Made by a program: the position numbers and the translations under genes | Assembly: GCA_045603585.1 (NCBI GenBank) | Contig: JAZUMK010000002.1 | Location: 6,522 to 70,521 of the forward strand | DNA from: Clostridia bacterium | Lineage (GTDB): Bacteria > Bacillota > Clostridia > Christensenellales > CAG-138 | Direction: 5' to 3' | Length of the DNA stretch: 64,000 nucleotides | Shown here: one piece after another, positions 10,815 through 21,147 of the stretch | Numbering within the stretch: position 1 is the first letter of the stretch | How the letters are laid out: each line of letters begins with the position of its first letter | Notes under the pieces: generated by a model | Database searches by the model: none | What the model was told of the DNA's origin: nothing | What the model saw: the letters and a program-made list of their open reading frames with translations, nothing else

Positions 10815-11450
10815 ATGGAATTTCGCAGGGTTTCCGAGGCGGTTATAAGGCGCATGCCCAAGTATTACAGGCAGCTGCAGGTGCTGCAGGCTCAGGGCGT
10901 GGAGCGCATTTCTTCCGGCAAGCTGGCCCAGATGATGCGCCTTAACGCATCCCAGGTCAGGCAGGATTTCAATTGCTTCGGCGGCTTTGGTCAGCAGGGA
11001 TACGGCTACAATGTGACCACTCTGCTCAACGAGATAAAAAACATTCTGGCTCTCAATCAAAACCACAAGGCTATCGTTGCCGGCGCAGGCAATATCGGCC
11101 GCGCCCTTGCCAGCTTTGATCATTTTGAGCAGCATGGCTTCAGCATTACCGCCCTGTTCGATATCAATGAGGACATGATAGGAGACGAAGTAAACGGCAA
11201 GCCTGTACTGCATATCAGCAAGCTGGAAGAATACGTTAAGGAAAACAACATCTCCATAGGCATTATTGCCGCCCGCAGGAGCGTGGCTCAGGAGCTGGCC
11301 GACCGCATGGTCCAGGCAGGCATAAAGGGCATATGGAACTTTGCTCCCACCGACGTTACCGCTCAGGTCCCCGTCGAAAATATCCACATGACCGACAGCC
11401 TCATCTGCCTTGCCTACAAGATGTGCCACAATGTGGGCGAAGATGAATAA
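10815..11450 (+). CDS. rex: Redox-sensing transcriptional repressor Rex
   Basis: The 211-aa product has the N-terminal RxPxYYR winged helix (VIRRMPKYYRQLQ), the motif SQVRQDFNCFGGFGQQGYGYNV and a Rossmann GAGNIGRAL. Confidence 0.92.
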   Translation: MEFRRVSEAVIRRMPKYYRQLQVLQAQGVERISSGKLAQMMRLNASQVRQDFNCFGGFGQQGYGYNVTTLLNEIKNILALNQNHKAIVAGAGNIGRALASFDHFEQHGFSITALFDINEDMIGDEVNGKPVLHISKLEEYVKENNISIGIIAARRSVAQELADRMVQAGIKGIWNFAPTDVTAQVPVENIHMTDSLICLAYKMCHNVGEDE

Positions 11451-11472
11451 TAAATCATAATCAATACAAAAC

Positions 11473-11501
11473 AAAGCAGACACAGCAGTGTCTGCTTTTT
11501 A
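11473..11501 (+). terminator. Rho-independent terminator after rex
   Basis: The stem is AGCAGACAC (11475-11483) / GTGTCTGCT (11488-11496), followed by a T-run to 11500. Confidence 0.7.
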
Positions 11502-11513
11502 CGTTGCGGGGGG

Positions 11514-12101
11514 TTATTTTGCTGCGCAGCGATTTTGCCAGCGTGGATATATGCCTGCGTTTTTCAGCATTTCGCACAGCTTGGGTATGGACATGCCTAT
11601 TACCGTGAAATAACAGCCGTCCACCTTTTTTACCAATACGGCGCCAAGACCCTGTACGCCGTAGGAGCCCGCCTTGTCCATAGGGTCGCCGGTATCGATA
11701 TAGTCCCAGATAAGCTCGTCCGAAAGCTCTTCAAAGGTAACGCGGGTGGTTTCATGGCAAAGCTGGGTGGAATCATCCGTCAGCACGGCTATGCCGGTGT
11801 ATACGGTATGGGTGCGGCCGGACAGCTTGCGGAGGATGTGGTATGCATCATCCCTGTCCCGGGGCTTGCCTATTATCTCATTATCCAGCCATACGATCGT
11901 ATCCGAACCGACTACGCAGCTTCCGGGATGATCCTTTTTTACGGCGGCGGCCTTTCTGAGGGCCAGCTGTTCAACAAATTCGCCGGGCTGGGTAAAGGCT
12001 ACGTTTTCATCCGCATCGCTGGGAATGCAGGTATATTCCAGACCTATCAGCTGAAAAAGCTCCCTGCGCCGCTGGGACTGGGAGGCGAGAATAAGCTCCA
12101 T
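11514..12101 (-). CDS. maf: Maf-like nucleoside-triphosphate pyrophosphatase (septum formation protein Maf)
   Basis: The internal ATG at 12101 gives MELILASQSQRRRELF..., the canonical Maf N-terminus. A later GSYGVQG motif is present. The 29 extra codons in the track ORF look non-coding. Confidence 0.85.
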   Translation of the reverse strand: MELILASQSQRRRELFQLIGLEYTCIPSDADENVAFTQPGEFVEQLALRKAAAVKKDHPGSCVVGSDTIVWLDNEIIGKPRDRDDAYHILRKLSGRTHTVYTGIAVLTDDSTQLCHETTRVTFEELSDELIWDYIDTGDPMDKAGSYGVQGLGAVLVKKVDGCYFTVIGMSIPKLCEMLKNAGIYPRWQNRCAAK

Positions 12102-12229
12102 AAAGCACCTCTGCATTTCAAAATCACAAATAGGATACCATAAGGCGCATTGCTGTACAATCCCCCTTGTATAACAGAAACAATACATGGAAATACTTTC
12201 CCTATAACTGATTGGGAGGTATCCATAAA

Positions 12230-13270
12230 GTGTTTGGAATTAAGATATTGAGGGATGTTCTTTCCGAGGGAATGGCGCTGGATCTGGGTACGGTGAATAC
12301 CCTTGCCGCCATAAGGGGCAGGGGTATTGTGCTGAGAGAGCCCAGCGCAGTGGCGGTTTCCATAGGGGAGGAAAGAGAAATAATAGAAATAGGCAGCAGG
12401 GCCATGCTTATGCTGGGACGCACGCCGGGACAGCTGGCGGTAAATTATCCGATGAGGGACGGAGTAATATCCGATATGGAGCTGGCGGAGGCAATGATAC
12501 GCTACTGCATACGGGAGGCGCTGGGGCGAAAGGCGGGACCCATGGGCATACGGCTTGCGCTGTGCCTTCCGCTGTGCGTAAGCGATATTGAGCGGAGGGC
12601 GCTTATGGAAGCCGCAAAAAACGCCGGGGCAAAGGAAATAATCCTGCTGAACGAAGCCCTTGCCGCCGCAATAGGCGCAGGGCTGCCGGTCACTGCGCCC
12701 GTAGGCCATATGGTGGTGGATATGGGCGGCGGCACTACGGATGCGGCTGTGGTGGTGCTGGGAGGTATTGCAGCCCATAAGTCGGTACGGGTGGGTGGCA
12801 CACACATAGACAAGGCCATAGCGGAGTTCATCGAAAATGAACACCGCCTGAGCATAGGAGAACGTACCGCCGAGCAGATAAAAACCACAATAGGCAGCGC
12901 ACTTTTGGGCGGAGAGGAGCATATGCAGCTGAGGGGAAGAAATACAGAAACAGGTCTTCCCCAAAGCATAGTGGTAAGGCAGGGGGAAATAAGCTACGCA
13001 ATAAAAAACCAGCTCAGGCTTATTATAGGCGCAATAAAGGATACCCTTGCCCAAACCCCGCCCGAGCTTGCGGGGGATATCTATACCACCGGCATAACCC
13101 TTACCGGCGGCGGGGCAAACCTTGACGGCATCGCAGAGCTGATAAGCCGGGAAACCGGCATGGCTGTGCAGGTGGCGGAGGATCCGGAAAACTGCGTGGT
13201 AAAGGGGGCGCTGATGGCGCTGGATATGGGGGAAGAGGCGGGATTGTGCCACGATTCCATAAGCGCATAA
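12230..13270 (+). CDS. mreB: Rod-shape-determining protein MreB (actin homologue)
   Basis: A GGGAGG RBS at 12214-12219 is followed by GTG at 12230. Motifs include DLGTVNTL, VVDMGGGTTD and GITLTGGGA. The gene lies upstream of mreC and mreD. Confidence 0.93.
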   Translation: MFGIKILRDVLSEGMALDLGTVNTLAAIRGRGIVLREPSAVAVSIGEEREIIEIGSRAMLMLGRTPGQLAVNYPMRDGVISDMELAEAMIRYCIREALGRKAGPMGIRLALCLPLCVSDIERRALMEAAKNAGAKEIILLNEALAAAIGAGLPVTAPVGHMVVDMGGGTTDAAVVVLGGIAAHKSVRVGGTHIDKAIAEFIENEHRLSIGERTAEQIKTTIGSALLGGEEHMQLRGRNTETGLPQSIVVRQGEISYAIKNQLRLIIGAIKDTLAQTPPELAGDIYTTGITLTGGGANLDGIAELISRETGMAVQVAEDPENCVVKGALMALDMGEEAGLCHDSISA

Positions 13271-13430
13271 TCCATATTTTTACCGAATCTGATATATTGG
13301 GTAAACAGAATGTAACGTTTTGCCGTCACGCCTTGCGCGTGGCGGTGCTTGCATTTATAATAATTATCGGGAATCCATGCGGTTTGTCTGAATTTGACAA
13401 TAGCCGCAAAGACACATAAGGAGAGGTTCA

Positions 13431-14273
13431 ATGGGTGGCTTTTTTCGCAGCAGAGGTTTTGTGATCCTGCTGGCAGTAATTGCGGTTCTGGCCATACTGA
13501 TCGCCGTCACATATGACAGGGTTCAGGTGAGCTTTATTGAGGATGCCGTAAATTCCGTATTGTCTCCCATACAGTCCTTCTCTGTAAAGGCGTCAAACTC
13601 CATTATCGATTTCTTCGAAAGGGTATTCAGCTCCACCGACCTTGATAAGGAAAACGAGCAGCTCAAGGTGCAGCTGGCCCAGTATGAAATAATCGAAAAC
13701 GAGCTGAACACTCTCCGCGAGGAAAACGCCCGCCTTAAGAATCTGCTGAATTATACCGATATCACGGAAAACTATTCCTACGTTACCGCCAATGTTATCG
13801 GCAAGAGCCAGGGCGTATGGTTCAGCGAATTTACCCTCAACGCAGGCCGCAATGACGGAGTCAAGGAAAATCAGGCCGTGGTAAATGCTCAGGGTCTGGT
13901 TGGCAGGGTAAGCAGCGTCAGCGCAAATACCTGCAAGGTAACTTCCATAATCGACAGCACATCCGACGTAAGCGTTATGGTTGAGCGCACCCGCGACTAT
14001 GGCTTTGCCAGGGGCATACTCAATATAGACGAAAAGGAAAAGCTGGAGCTTTATTACCTGCCCAGCGGATATGACCTTGTTCCCGGCGACAATATTCTCA
14101 CAAGCGGTATAGGAGGCATTTTCCCCAAGGGCATTATCGTAGGCACAGTTACCGAGGTTTCCCGCGCAAACGAAAACACCGAAGACAGAAATGCCATAAT
14201 TCAGCCTGCGGTGGATTTTCTGCGCCTTGAAGAAGTAATGATAGTCAACATGGAAGCTCAGGAGGAGGAATAA
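13431..14273 (+). CDS. mreC: Rod-shape-determining protein MreC
   Basis: The 280-aa product has an N-terminal TM helix, a coiled coil (ENEQLKVQLAQYE..LREENARLKNLL) and a beta-barrel core (VVNAQGLVGRV, LTSGIGGIFPKGI). Confidence 0.9.
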   Translation: MGGFFRSRGFVILLAVIAVLAILIAVTYDRVQVSFIEDAVNSVLSPIQSFSVKASNSIIDFFERVFSSTDLDKENEQLKVQLAQYEIIENELNTLREENARLKNLLNYTDITENYSYVTANVIGKSQGVWFSEFTLNAGRNDGVKENQAVVNAQGLVGRVSSVSANTCKVTSIIDSTSDVSVMVERTRDYGFARGILNIDEKEKLELYYLPSGYDLVPGDNILTSGIGGIFPKGIIVGTVTEVSRANENTEDRNAIIQPAVDFLRLEEVMIVNMEAQEEE

Positions 14274-14791
14274 TGTATCGGCTGTACGTTGCCCTTACTC
14301 TTGGAATTTCCATGCTGCTGGATTCCGTGATATTTGCAAAAGTGAATATCTTCGGCATCGTGCCGGACTGTGTGCTGGCGGCAGTTGTATGTATGGGCAT
14401 ACTGCTGGGTACTACGGATGCCGCATTGGCGGGCTGCCTTGCCGGCATTGTAATTGACGTGCTTTTCGGCAAGGCTGTTGGCATCAGCTCCCTTGCATAC
14501 ATGCTTGCCGGTATGATCGGCGGCATATTCTACAAAAAATACTTTGCGGATAATATTTTTATCCCCATTGCAACCGCTGCGATATGCGCATTTTTTAAAG
14601 AAAACTTTATGGCAGTGGTAACCGCTTTTATGGGCGGCTCTTTCAGTTATTTCGAAATGCTGGCCACCTATATTATACCCTCATCCCTTATGACGGCCGC
14701 AATATGCCTGCCGGTATACCTTTACCTTAAGCCCAGGCTGCAGCTGTCCGCCAAGAAGCGCTATGACCGCACCGCCGGAGGAGTAAAGTAA
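14273..14791 (+). CDS. mreD: Rod-shape-determining protein MreD
   Basis: The start overlaps the mreC stop (TAATG). The 172-aa product is a polytopic membrane protein at the conserved position after mreC. Confidence 0.8.
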   Translation: MYRLYVALTLGISMLLDSVIFAKVNIFGIVPDCVLAAVVCMGILLGTTDAALAGCLAGIVIDVLFGKAVGISSLAYMLAGMIGGIFYKKYFADNIFIPIATAAICAFFKENFMAVVTAFMGGSFSYFEMLATYIIPSSLMTAAICLPVYLYLKPRLQLSAKKRYDRTAGGVK

Positions 14792-14795
14792 TAAA

Positions 14796-17384
14796 ATGAA
14801 GAATGTCCTGTCAAGGTACATAATATTAATATTGGTGCTTGCGTTCCTCATGTGTGCGCTGGTCTATCAGCTGTATCAGGTAACCATGGTGGAGGGCGCA
14901 GAGTACGCCGATGATGCAACCAACCGAAGAACAAACTCGATCGATATAAAGGGAACCCGGGGAAGAATACTGGACCGCAACGGCGTTGTCCTTGCATACA
15001 GCAAAAACAGCTATAACGTTGAATTCCTGCGCGATGCGGATAACCGCTCAGACTATGACTCCGCAGTATATACCGATGCCCTTATCAAGGCTATCGAAAT
15101 AGTGGAGGCGGGCGGCGGCAAAACCATAGACACATCATACATCCGCCGGGATGAAGAGGGCAATTTCTATTACGATTGGGGAGTTGAAAGCAAGGCCGCG
15201 ATCGTAGCCCGATACAAGAACTTCTGCGAAGCCATGGGCTTCTATATCGAATATGACGACGAAATAAAGGACAAGTCCAAGTGGGATACCAGCGAATGGC
15301 CCACGGCGGAAGAAGCCTACAATATGCTCAGGGGATATTGGTTCATTCCGGAAGAGCTGGGCTTTGAGGAAGCAAATAAGGTAATTTCCATACGTCAGGA
15401 AGTTCTGCTGAACAACTATCGCGCATATGAGCCCATCACCATCGCCTACGACGTGGGCATGGAGGTGGTTGCGGAAATCAAGCTGAGGGCGGATGAACTT
15501 ACCGGCCTCCAGACCTCGCAGAGCACCATCAGGGTATATCCCAGAGGTACCACAGCTGCCCATGTTGTGGGATATCTGGGAAAAACCGTTACCAAAGAGA
15601 TGATGCAGGATTACGGCTATTCCTATGAGGATTACGTGGGCGTATCCGGAATTGAAGCTACCATGGAGGAATACCTTACCGGATCCACCAATGAGCATAA
15701 GGGCAGGCGCGAGGTTGAGGTAAACAAAAACGGCAGTACTATCCGCGAGCTGGACTATATACCTGCTACCGACGGCAACGACGTTATGCTGACGCTGGAT
15801 ATAGAGCTGCAGGCAGTTGTGGAAAAGGCCCTTGCAGACCTTATCCTCAACATAAACGACAGAGAAATAAACAAAATAGAAGAAAACTATGCCGATTACG
15901 AGGAGAAGACCAACGGCAAGGTGGATGGTATAGAAAAAGCCCAGACCGGCGCCGCGGTGGTAATGGATGCAAATACCGGTCAGGTGCTTGCCATGGCATC
16001 CTATCCCTCCTTTGACCCCAACTGGTTTATTGAGGGCCTCAGCACTGAGCAGGCAGAGGAGCTTTTCCAGAGCGATTGGGCGGCAAAAACTACACCCACC
16101 AGAAACAAGGCCATATCCACCCGACTTGCTCCCGGCTCCATCTATAAGATGGTTACCGGCATAGCAGGCGCCGCTGAGGGTGTACTGGATATAAACGAGC
16201 CCATCAGCTGTGACTGGGAATACATCATACGGTATACCGACGAAACCGGAAAGCCTGTTGAAATATCCCAGAATGCGCCTAAATGTCATCTTTCTTCCCG
16301 CTCGAGGATCGGTCAGCATGCCAATCAGACCCTTGCGGATGCGGTTAAAAACTCCTGCAACTATTACTTCTGCGAGGTTGCAAACCGCGTTGGTATAGAT
16401 AAGCTTAACGAGTGGTCCGGCAAAATGGGTCTTACCAGCAGGACCGGCATAGAGCTTACAGGCGAAGCGGAGGGTATCGTTGGCGGTCAGCAGATACTGT
16501 TCGATAATACCCTTATGGGAGAGGACGGCACCCTTGAGGTTTACAACCAGAAGACCAGCCTGCCCAGCCTTATCTACCGCAAGCTGAAGGAACGCCTTGC
16601 TATGTTTATCGAAATGCGAAACATGGAGGTGGATGAAGCCGCAATAGAAAGCTGTGCCAAAAAGCTGATGGAGCTTCAGGACGGCTCCATCACCGGTGAG
16701 GGTTCCCGTATCCGCCGCATTATCAGCGAGGAACTGGGAATCCCCGAGGGTATTACTCAGGAGCGAAGCGACTGGATAAACGACATAACTTCGCTGCTCA
16801 ACGAAATACAGTGGAAGCCCACCCAGACCATCCGTGCAGGCTTCGGCCAGGGTACTACGCTGGTAACCCCAATAGCGGTAGCACGCTATGTCAGCGCCAT
16901 TGCCAACGAGGGTACCGTATACGATGCCCATATCGTTGACAGGATAATGGATGAAAACGGCAATACAGTAAAGACCATTGAACCCAGCATATTCAATCAG
17001 GTGGAGATATCCGACGATATCTGGGCCGCAATCAAGACCGGCATGAAGGGCGTTGTGTCCCCTGAGGACGGCGGTACTGCGGCGCAGGCCTTTACCGACA
17101 GGGACTTCATAGAAAAATACCTTGAAACGGAATCATTTGCCGGCAAGACGGGAACGGCGCAGGTAGGTGCCCGCGCCACCAATATCGATATCGAAAACAC
17201 CTCATGGTTTGTATGCTTTGCCCCCCGTGAGGAGCCTGAGATCGCCATAGTAATATGCGTTCCCTACGGTCTGTCCGGCTCTTCCAGCGCCCCTGCAATT
17301 GAGGATATTCTTTCCTACTACTTTGCCCAGGGTGAAAACGCTGCTCCCGAAAACCTTGTGGAAATAAACGGCGTAACCGAATAG
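14796..17384 (+). CDS. mrdA: Penicillin-binding protein 2 (class B transpeptidase, elongasome), unusually long
   Basis: The 862-aa product has an N-terminal TM helix, a dimerisation domain and the transpeptidase motifs SIYK, SCN and KTGTA. It lies directly after mreBCD. Confidence 0.88.
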   Translation: MKNVLSRYIILILVLAFLMCALVYQLYQVTMVEGAEYADDATNRRTNSIDIKGTRGRILDRNGVVLAYSKNSYNVEFLRDADNRSDYDSAVYTDALIKAIEIVEAGGGKTIDTSYIRRDEEGNFYYDWGVESKAAIVARYKNFCEAMGFYIEYDDEIKDKSKWDTSEWPTAEEAYNMLRGYWFIPEELGFEEANKVISIRQEVLLNNYRAYEPITIAYDVGMEVVAEIKLRADELTGLQTSQSTIRVYPRGTTAAHVVGYLGKTVTKEMMQDYGYSYEDYVGVSGIEATMEEYLTGSTNEHKGRREVEVNKNGSTIRELDYIPATDGNDVMLTLDIELQAVVEKALADLILNINDREINKIEENYADYEEKTNGKVDGIEKAQTGAAVVMDANTGQVLAMASYPSFDPNWFIEGLSTEQAEELFQSDWAAKTTPTRNKAISTRLAPGSIYKMVTGIAGAAEGVLDINEPISCDWEYIIRYTDETGKPVEISQNAPKCHLSSRSRIGQHANQTLADAVKNSCNYYFCEVANRVGIDKLNEWSGKMGLTSRTGIELTGEAEGIVGGQQILFDNTLMGEDGTLEVYNQKTSLPSLIYRKLKERLAMFIEMRNMEVDEAAIESCAKKLMELQDGSITGEGSRIRRIISEELGIPEGITQERSDWINDITSLLNEIQWKPTQTIRAGFGQGTTLVTPIAVARYVSAIANEGTVYDAHIVDRIMDENGNTVKTIEPSIFNQVEISDDIWAAIKTGMKGVVSPEDGGTAAQAFTDRDFIEKYLETESFAGKTGTAQVGARATNIDIENTSWFVCFAPREEPEIAIVICVPYGLSGSSSAPAIEDILSYYFAQGENAAPENLVEINGVTE

Positions 17385-17394
17385 CAATCAAAAA

Positions 17395-17431
17395 AATAAA
17401 GGCTGTCTGAGAAGACAGCCTTGTTTTTTTG
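17395..17431. terminator. Bidirectional terminator between PBP2 and the convergent C_GCAxxG gene
   Basis: The stem is AAGGCTGTCT (17399-17408) / AGACAGCCTT (17413-17422) with a GAGA loop. An A-run precedes it and a T-run at 17421-17430 follows. Confidence 0.8.
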
Positions 17432-17437
17432 AATTGA

Positions 17438-17899
17438 TTATTCTTCTTCCTTGATTCCCAGCTCGCGGCAGATAATGTGGGCAACTTCGGTAACGGAGAA
17501 GGCTACGATATCTGCGCAATGTGCCTTGCGGCCGGGGGAATTGAGGTCTTCAAAATTAGAGATCAGCTTGCCGCAGCAGGTAGCGCTGAACTTATCCCTG
17601 ATGGCCTGACCGAATTCCTTGGTGAGCTTCTGGCAGTTGGATGCGCAGGGATCTCCGGGGGTGCGGCGGCCGAATACAAAGCCGATGCACATTGCGCCGC
17701 CGGCCACTGCGCCGCAGATGCAGCCGATACCGCCAAGACCCCAGGGGAAGCCGGTGCTCATGGCAAAGGCATCGTCGGACATTTCCAGTTCGAAGTTCTT
17801 GCGGATGGCGTATATTACGGATTCGGAGCATGCAAAGCCGTTGTGAAAGATGTAATCCGCATCTTCGCGGATCTTGCTGAGGCTTACGGACTGTACCAT
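17438..17899 (-). CDS. C_GCAxxG_C_C family redox-active protein
   Basis: The ATG at 17899 has an AGGAGG RBS upstream. The product contains GFACSESV, GCICGAVAGG and CC motifs typical of the C_GCAxxG_C_C family. The track ORF's 43-codon N-terminal extension is rejected. Confidence 0.75.
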   Translation of the reverse strand: MVQSVSLSKIREDADYIFHNGFACSESVIYAIRKNFELEMSDDAFAMSTGFPWGLGGIGCICGAVAGGAMCIGFVFGRRTPGDPCASNCQKLTKEFGQAIRDKFSATCCGKLISNFEDLNSPGRKAHCADIVAFSVTEVAHIICRELGIKEEE

Positions 17900-17948
17900 A
17901 TAAGTAGTATTCCTCCTGATGTGATTATTTTTATTGGATATATACCGA

Positions 17949-18410
17949 TCAGCTTTCCAGACGATCCTTAAGGCCGGTAAGGCTCTTTTCCATGGCCTGA
18001 ATAAAGGAGTAGGCAGAGGCTCTTTCATCGGGGGTAAGGTCTTCCAGCATGGTGGTGAAGAACATATCGTAATCTATGCTGCACCAGCGGGCAAATTCTT
18101 CACCCTTGGCGGTGAGGGAAAGGCGAATGCAGCGGGTATCCTTTTTGTCGCGGGTACGCTTGATGAAGCCTCCGCTTTCCAGACGGCGTATGGATACGCC
18201 GGCAGAGGCTTTGCCCACGCCGAGATAAGCCGCCAGCTCATTCTGGGTGGGCGCGCCCAGCTCCTTCAGGGCAAACAGCACCTGAGGCTGACCGGGATAT
18301 AGATTGTATTTGCTCAGCAGCAGCTGCATGCACAATGTGCTGGTATGCTGCAGGGACAAAAAGGCATCGCCAAAGTCCCGGGTGAGCTTTTCTCTGGTTA
18401 CAGTTTCCAT
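17949..18410 (-). CDS. MarR-family transcriptional regulator
   Basis: The 153-aa product has a winged-HTH pattern (PGQPQVLFALKELGAPTQNELAAYLGVGKASAGVSIRRLESGGFIKR..DKKDTR). It lies upstream of, and is probably co-transcribed with, the C_GCAxxG gene. Confidence 0.85.
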   Translation of the reverse strand: METVTREKLTRDFGDAFLSLQHTSTLCMQLLLSKYNLYPGQPQVLFALKELGAPTQNELAAYLGVGKASAGVSIRRLESGGFIKRTRDKKDTRCIRLSLTAKGEEFARWCSIDYDMFFTTMLEDLTPDERASAYSFIQAMEKSLTGLKDRLES

Positions 18411-18651
18411 TTATTGGCCTTTCCGGAAAGATTTACATTTTAAATGATAGCTCCAATAAAATCGTATGTCAACATTTCATTTATTTTCAGGCTGTATTTA
18501 GGCAAAAAATGCGGACAAAAGTAAATGATACACAAAAAACGGATTATTTGGTGTTCTCAAAATGGGCTGTTTGTGGTAAACTATTTTGGTATTTGATAAT
18601 GCGGGAGAATGTACCTCCGGCAAAAAATAAGAAACATGGAGAAATTTTACT

Positions 18652-21012
18652 ATGATGGAACCCAGCATGATAATCCGCCGCATGGAAGAGGAACTCAGGG
18701 GCGATTATCAGATTGAGATTGCCGAAGCAAATACTTACCAGCTGCACAAGGCGCTGTCAAATGCGGTCATGTATGCCATATCCGATGACTGGCGTCTGGC
18801 AAGGCGTGCACATGAGCATGTCCGCAGGGCATATTATCTTTCTGCGGAATACCTTATGGGCCGAATGGTTTTCAATAACCTTTACTGCCTTGGCCTGTTG
18901 GATCAGATTAAGGAACTGCTGAGAGCAAGGGGCTCTGATATAAATGCCCTCGAAGATATTGAGGATGCAGCTCTGGGCAACGGCGGCCTTGGCCGTCTGG
19001 CAGCATGCTTCCTGGACAGCGCCGCGACCCATGACCTTCCTCTGGAAGGCTATGGCCTGCGCTATAAGTTCGGCCTGTTCAAGCAGAGCTTTGAAAATGG
19101 CTATCAGGTAGAGAAGGCTGACGACTGGCAGCGCTACGGCGATCCCTGGAGCCGCCGCAGAGACGATAAGACCGTCGAAATTCAGTTTGCCGACGAAAAG
19201 GTTCTTGCCGTTCCCTACGATATGCCTATTATCGGCTACGGCACCAACAATATCGGCACGCTGCGCCTGTGGCAGAGCGAGCCCATCGAGGAGTTCGACT
19301 TTAACCTGTTCAACGATCAGGAATACGACCTTGCCGTTCGCCAGAAGAACAAGGTGGAGGACATCACCCGCGTACTGTATCCCAATGACAGTACCTATGA
19401 GGGCAAGCGCCTCCGCTTCAAGCAGCAGTATTTCCTCTCCAGCGCTTCCATGCAGGATATTATCCGTCGCTACAAGCGCGTAAGGGGCAACGATATGTCC
19501 GGCTTTGCCGCCCATTGCGCAATTCAGCTGAACGATACCCATCCCACCGTATCCATCCCCGAGCTTATCAGGCTGCTGATGAAGGAAGGCATGGACTTTG
19601 ATGCGGCTCTCAAGACCGCAAGGGCAACCTTCAGCTACACCAACCACACCATCATGAGCGAAGCTCTGGAAAAGTGGAATTACGATCTGGTAGCAAGCGT
19701 TGTGCCTGAGATCACCGGCATTATCAGCCGCATAAACGAAGTACAGAACGCCGAGCTCCGTGAAAAGGGCGTAAGCCAGGAGCAGATCGACCGCATGCAG
19801 ATCGCAACCGGCGGCCAGATCCACATGGCCCGTCTTGCGGTATTTGCAGGCACCTATGTAAACGGCGTTGCCGAGATCCATTCCGGCATACTTAAGAGCG
19901 ACCTGTTCAGGGATTGGTACGCAGTATCTCCCGAAAAGTTCCAGAACAAGACCAACGGCATCACTCAGCGCCGCTGGCTGGGTCTCTGCAACAAGGAACT
20001 GACATCCTTCATTACCGAGCGCATCGGCGACGGATTCCTCAGGGATCTTAGCCAGTTGTCCGGCCTGAAGCACCATCTGGATGATAACAGCGTTGCCCAG
20101 TTCAATTACATCAAGCAGACCAAAAAGGCTCAGCTTGCAGAGATCATCAGAGAAAAGGAAGGCGTAAGCATACCCTCCTCCTTCATTTTTGATATACAGG
20201 TAAAGAGGCTTCACGAGTATAAGCGTCAGCTGCTCAACGCCCTGTCCATAATGGATATTTATTATTCCCTCAAGGACGGCAGCCTTACCGACTTTACTCC
20301 CACCGCCTTCATCTTCGGCGCAAAGGCAGCCCCCGGCTATCTGCGCGCAAAGAGCGTTATCAAGTATATAAACGAGATCGCCAACCTTATCAATAACGAT
20401 CCCGATATGCAGGATAAGCTCAGGGTGGTATTTGTGCAGAACTACAATTGCTCCTATGCAGAGCATATTATCCCCGCAGCGGATATTTCCGAGCAGATTT
20501 CTCCCGCGGGCACCGAGGCCAGCGGCACCGGCAACATGAAGTTCATGCTGAACGGCACCGTAACCCTTGGCACCTACGACGGTGCAAATATCGAAATCGC
20601 CGAGGAAGCCGGAGCTGAAAATAACTATATCTTCGGCGCAAGGGTCGATGATATCAACCGCATTAAGGACAGCTACAATCCCCGCGATATTTACAATCGC
20701 GAATATCGTGTAAAGCGGGTTCTGGATACTCTGGTAAACGGCACCGTAAGCGACGGCGGCACCGGAAAGTTCCGCGAGCTGTACAACGCTCTGCTGGATG
20801 GCACCAACTGGCACAGGGCAGACCATTACTATCTGCTGCTGGATTTCCTGCCCTATGTTGAGGCCAAGCTCAGGGCAAACCGCGAGTATCGCGACCGTAT
20901 CGCATTCGGCCGCAAGTGCCTGATGAACACTGCAAGCGCAGGCAAGTTCTCCAGCGACCGTACCATTGCAGAATACGCAAAGGAACTCTGGCACATCAAT
21001 CCCATCAAATAA
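18652..21012 (+). CDS. glgP: Glycogen/starch/alpha-glucan phosphorylase
   Basis: The 786-aa product has the motifs LGNGGLGRLAACFLDS, the PLP-lysine region EASGTGNMKF(M)LNG and SSDRTIAEYA. Confidence 0.95.
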   Translation: MMEPSMIIRRMEEELRGDYQIEIAEANTYQLHKALSNAVMYAISDDWRLARRAHEHVRRAYYLSAEYLMGRMVFNNLYCLGLLDQIKELLRARGSDINALEDIEDAALGNGGLGRLAACFLDSAATHDLPLEGYGLRYKFGLFKQSFENGYQVEKADDWQRYGDPWSRRRDDKTVEIQFADEKVLAVPYDMPIIGYGTNNIGTLRLWQSEPIEEFDFNLFNDQEYDLAVRQKNKVEDITRVLYPNDSTYEGKRLRFKQQYFLSSASMQDIIRRYKRVRGNDMSGFAAHCAIQLNDTHPTVSIPELIRLLMKEGMDFDAALKTARATFSYTNHTIMSEALEKWNYDLVASVVPEITGIISRINEVQNAELREKGVSQEQIDRMQIATGGQIHMARLAVFAGTYVNGVAEIHSGILKSDLFRDWYAVSPEKFQNKTNGITQRRWLGLCNKELTSFITERIGDGFLRDLSQLSGLKHHLDDNSVAQFNYIKQTKKAQLAEIIREKEGVSIPSSFIFDIQVKRLHEYKRQLLNALSIMDIYYSLKDGSLTDFTPTAFIFGAKAAPGYLRAKSVIKYINEIANLINNDPDMQDKLRVVFVQNYNCSYAEHIIPAADISEQISPAGTEASGTGNMKFMLNGTVTLGTYDGANIEIAEEAGAENNYIFGARVDDINRIKDSYNPRDIYNREYRVKRVLDTLVNGTVSDGGTGKFRELYNALLDGTNWHRADHYYLLLDFLPYVEAKLRANREYRDRIAFGRKCLMNTASAGKFSSDRTIAEYAKELWHINPIK

Positions 21013-21033
21013 TGCAAATAAATGCATTTGGCG

Positions 21034-21061
21034 AAAAAAGGACCTTCGGGTCCTTTTTTTG
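21034..21061 (+). terminator. Rho-independent terminator after glgP
   Basis: The hairpin is AAAAAGGACC-TTCG-GGTCCTTTTT, with a T-run at 21054-21060. Confidence 0.8.
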
Positions 21062-21147
21062 TGTAATATTACTTTAAAATACAGAGCCGTTAATATATAA
21101 TAATACATTGAGAATATCCTCTTACAAATTGAAAGGAAACATACACA

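Noticed and set aside
15135-16931. A 598-aa minus-strand ORF inside the PBP2 gene. Similar antisense ORFs occur at 1824-3437, 9047-10102, 12047-13252, 34575-36281, 44088-45464, 49081-49980 and 51868-53046
   Set aside because: All of them lie opposite genes with clear family motifs and lack ribosome-binding sites. They are explained by codon bias suppressing antisense stops.
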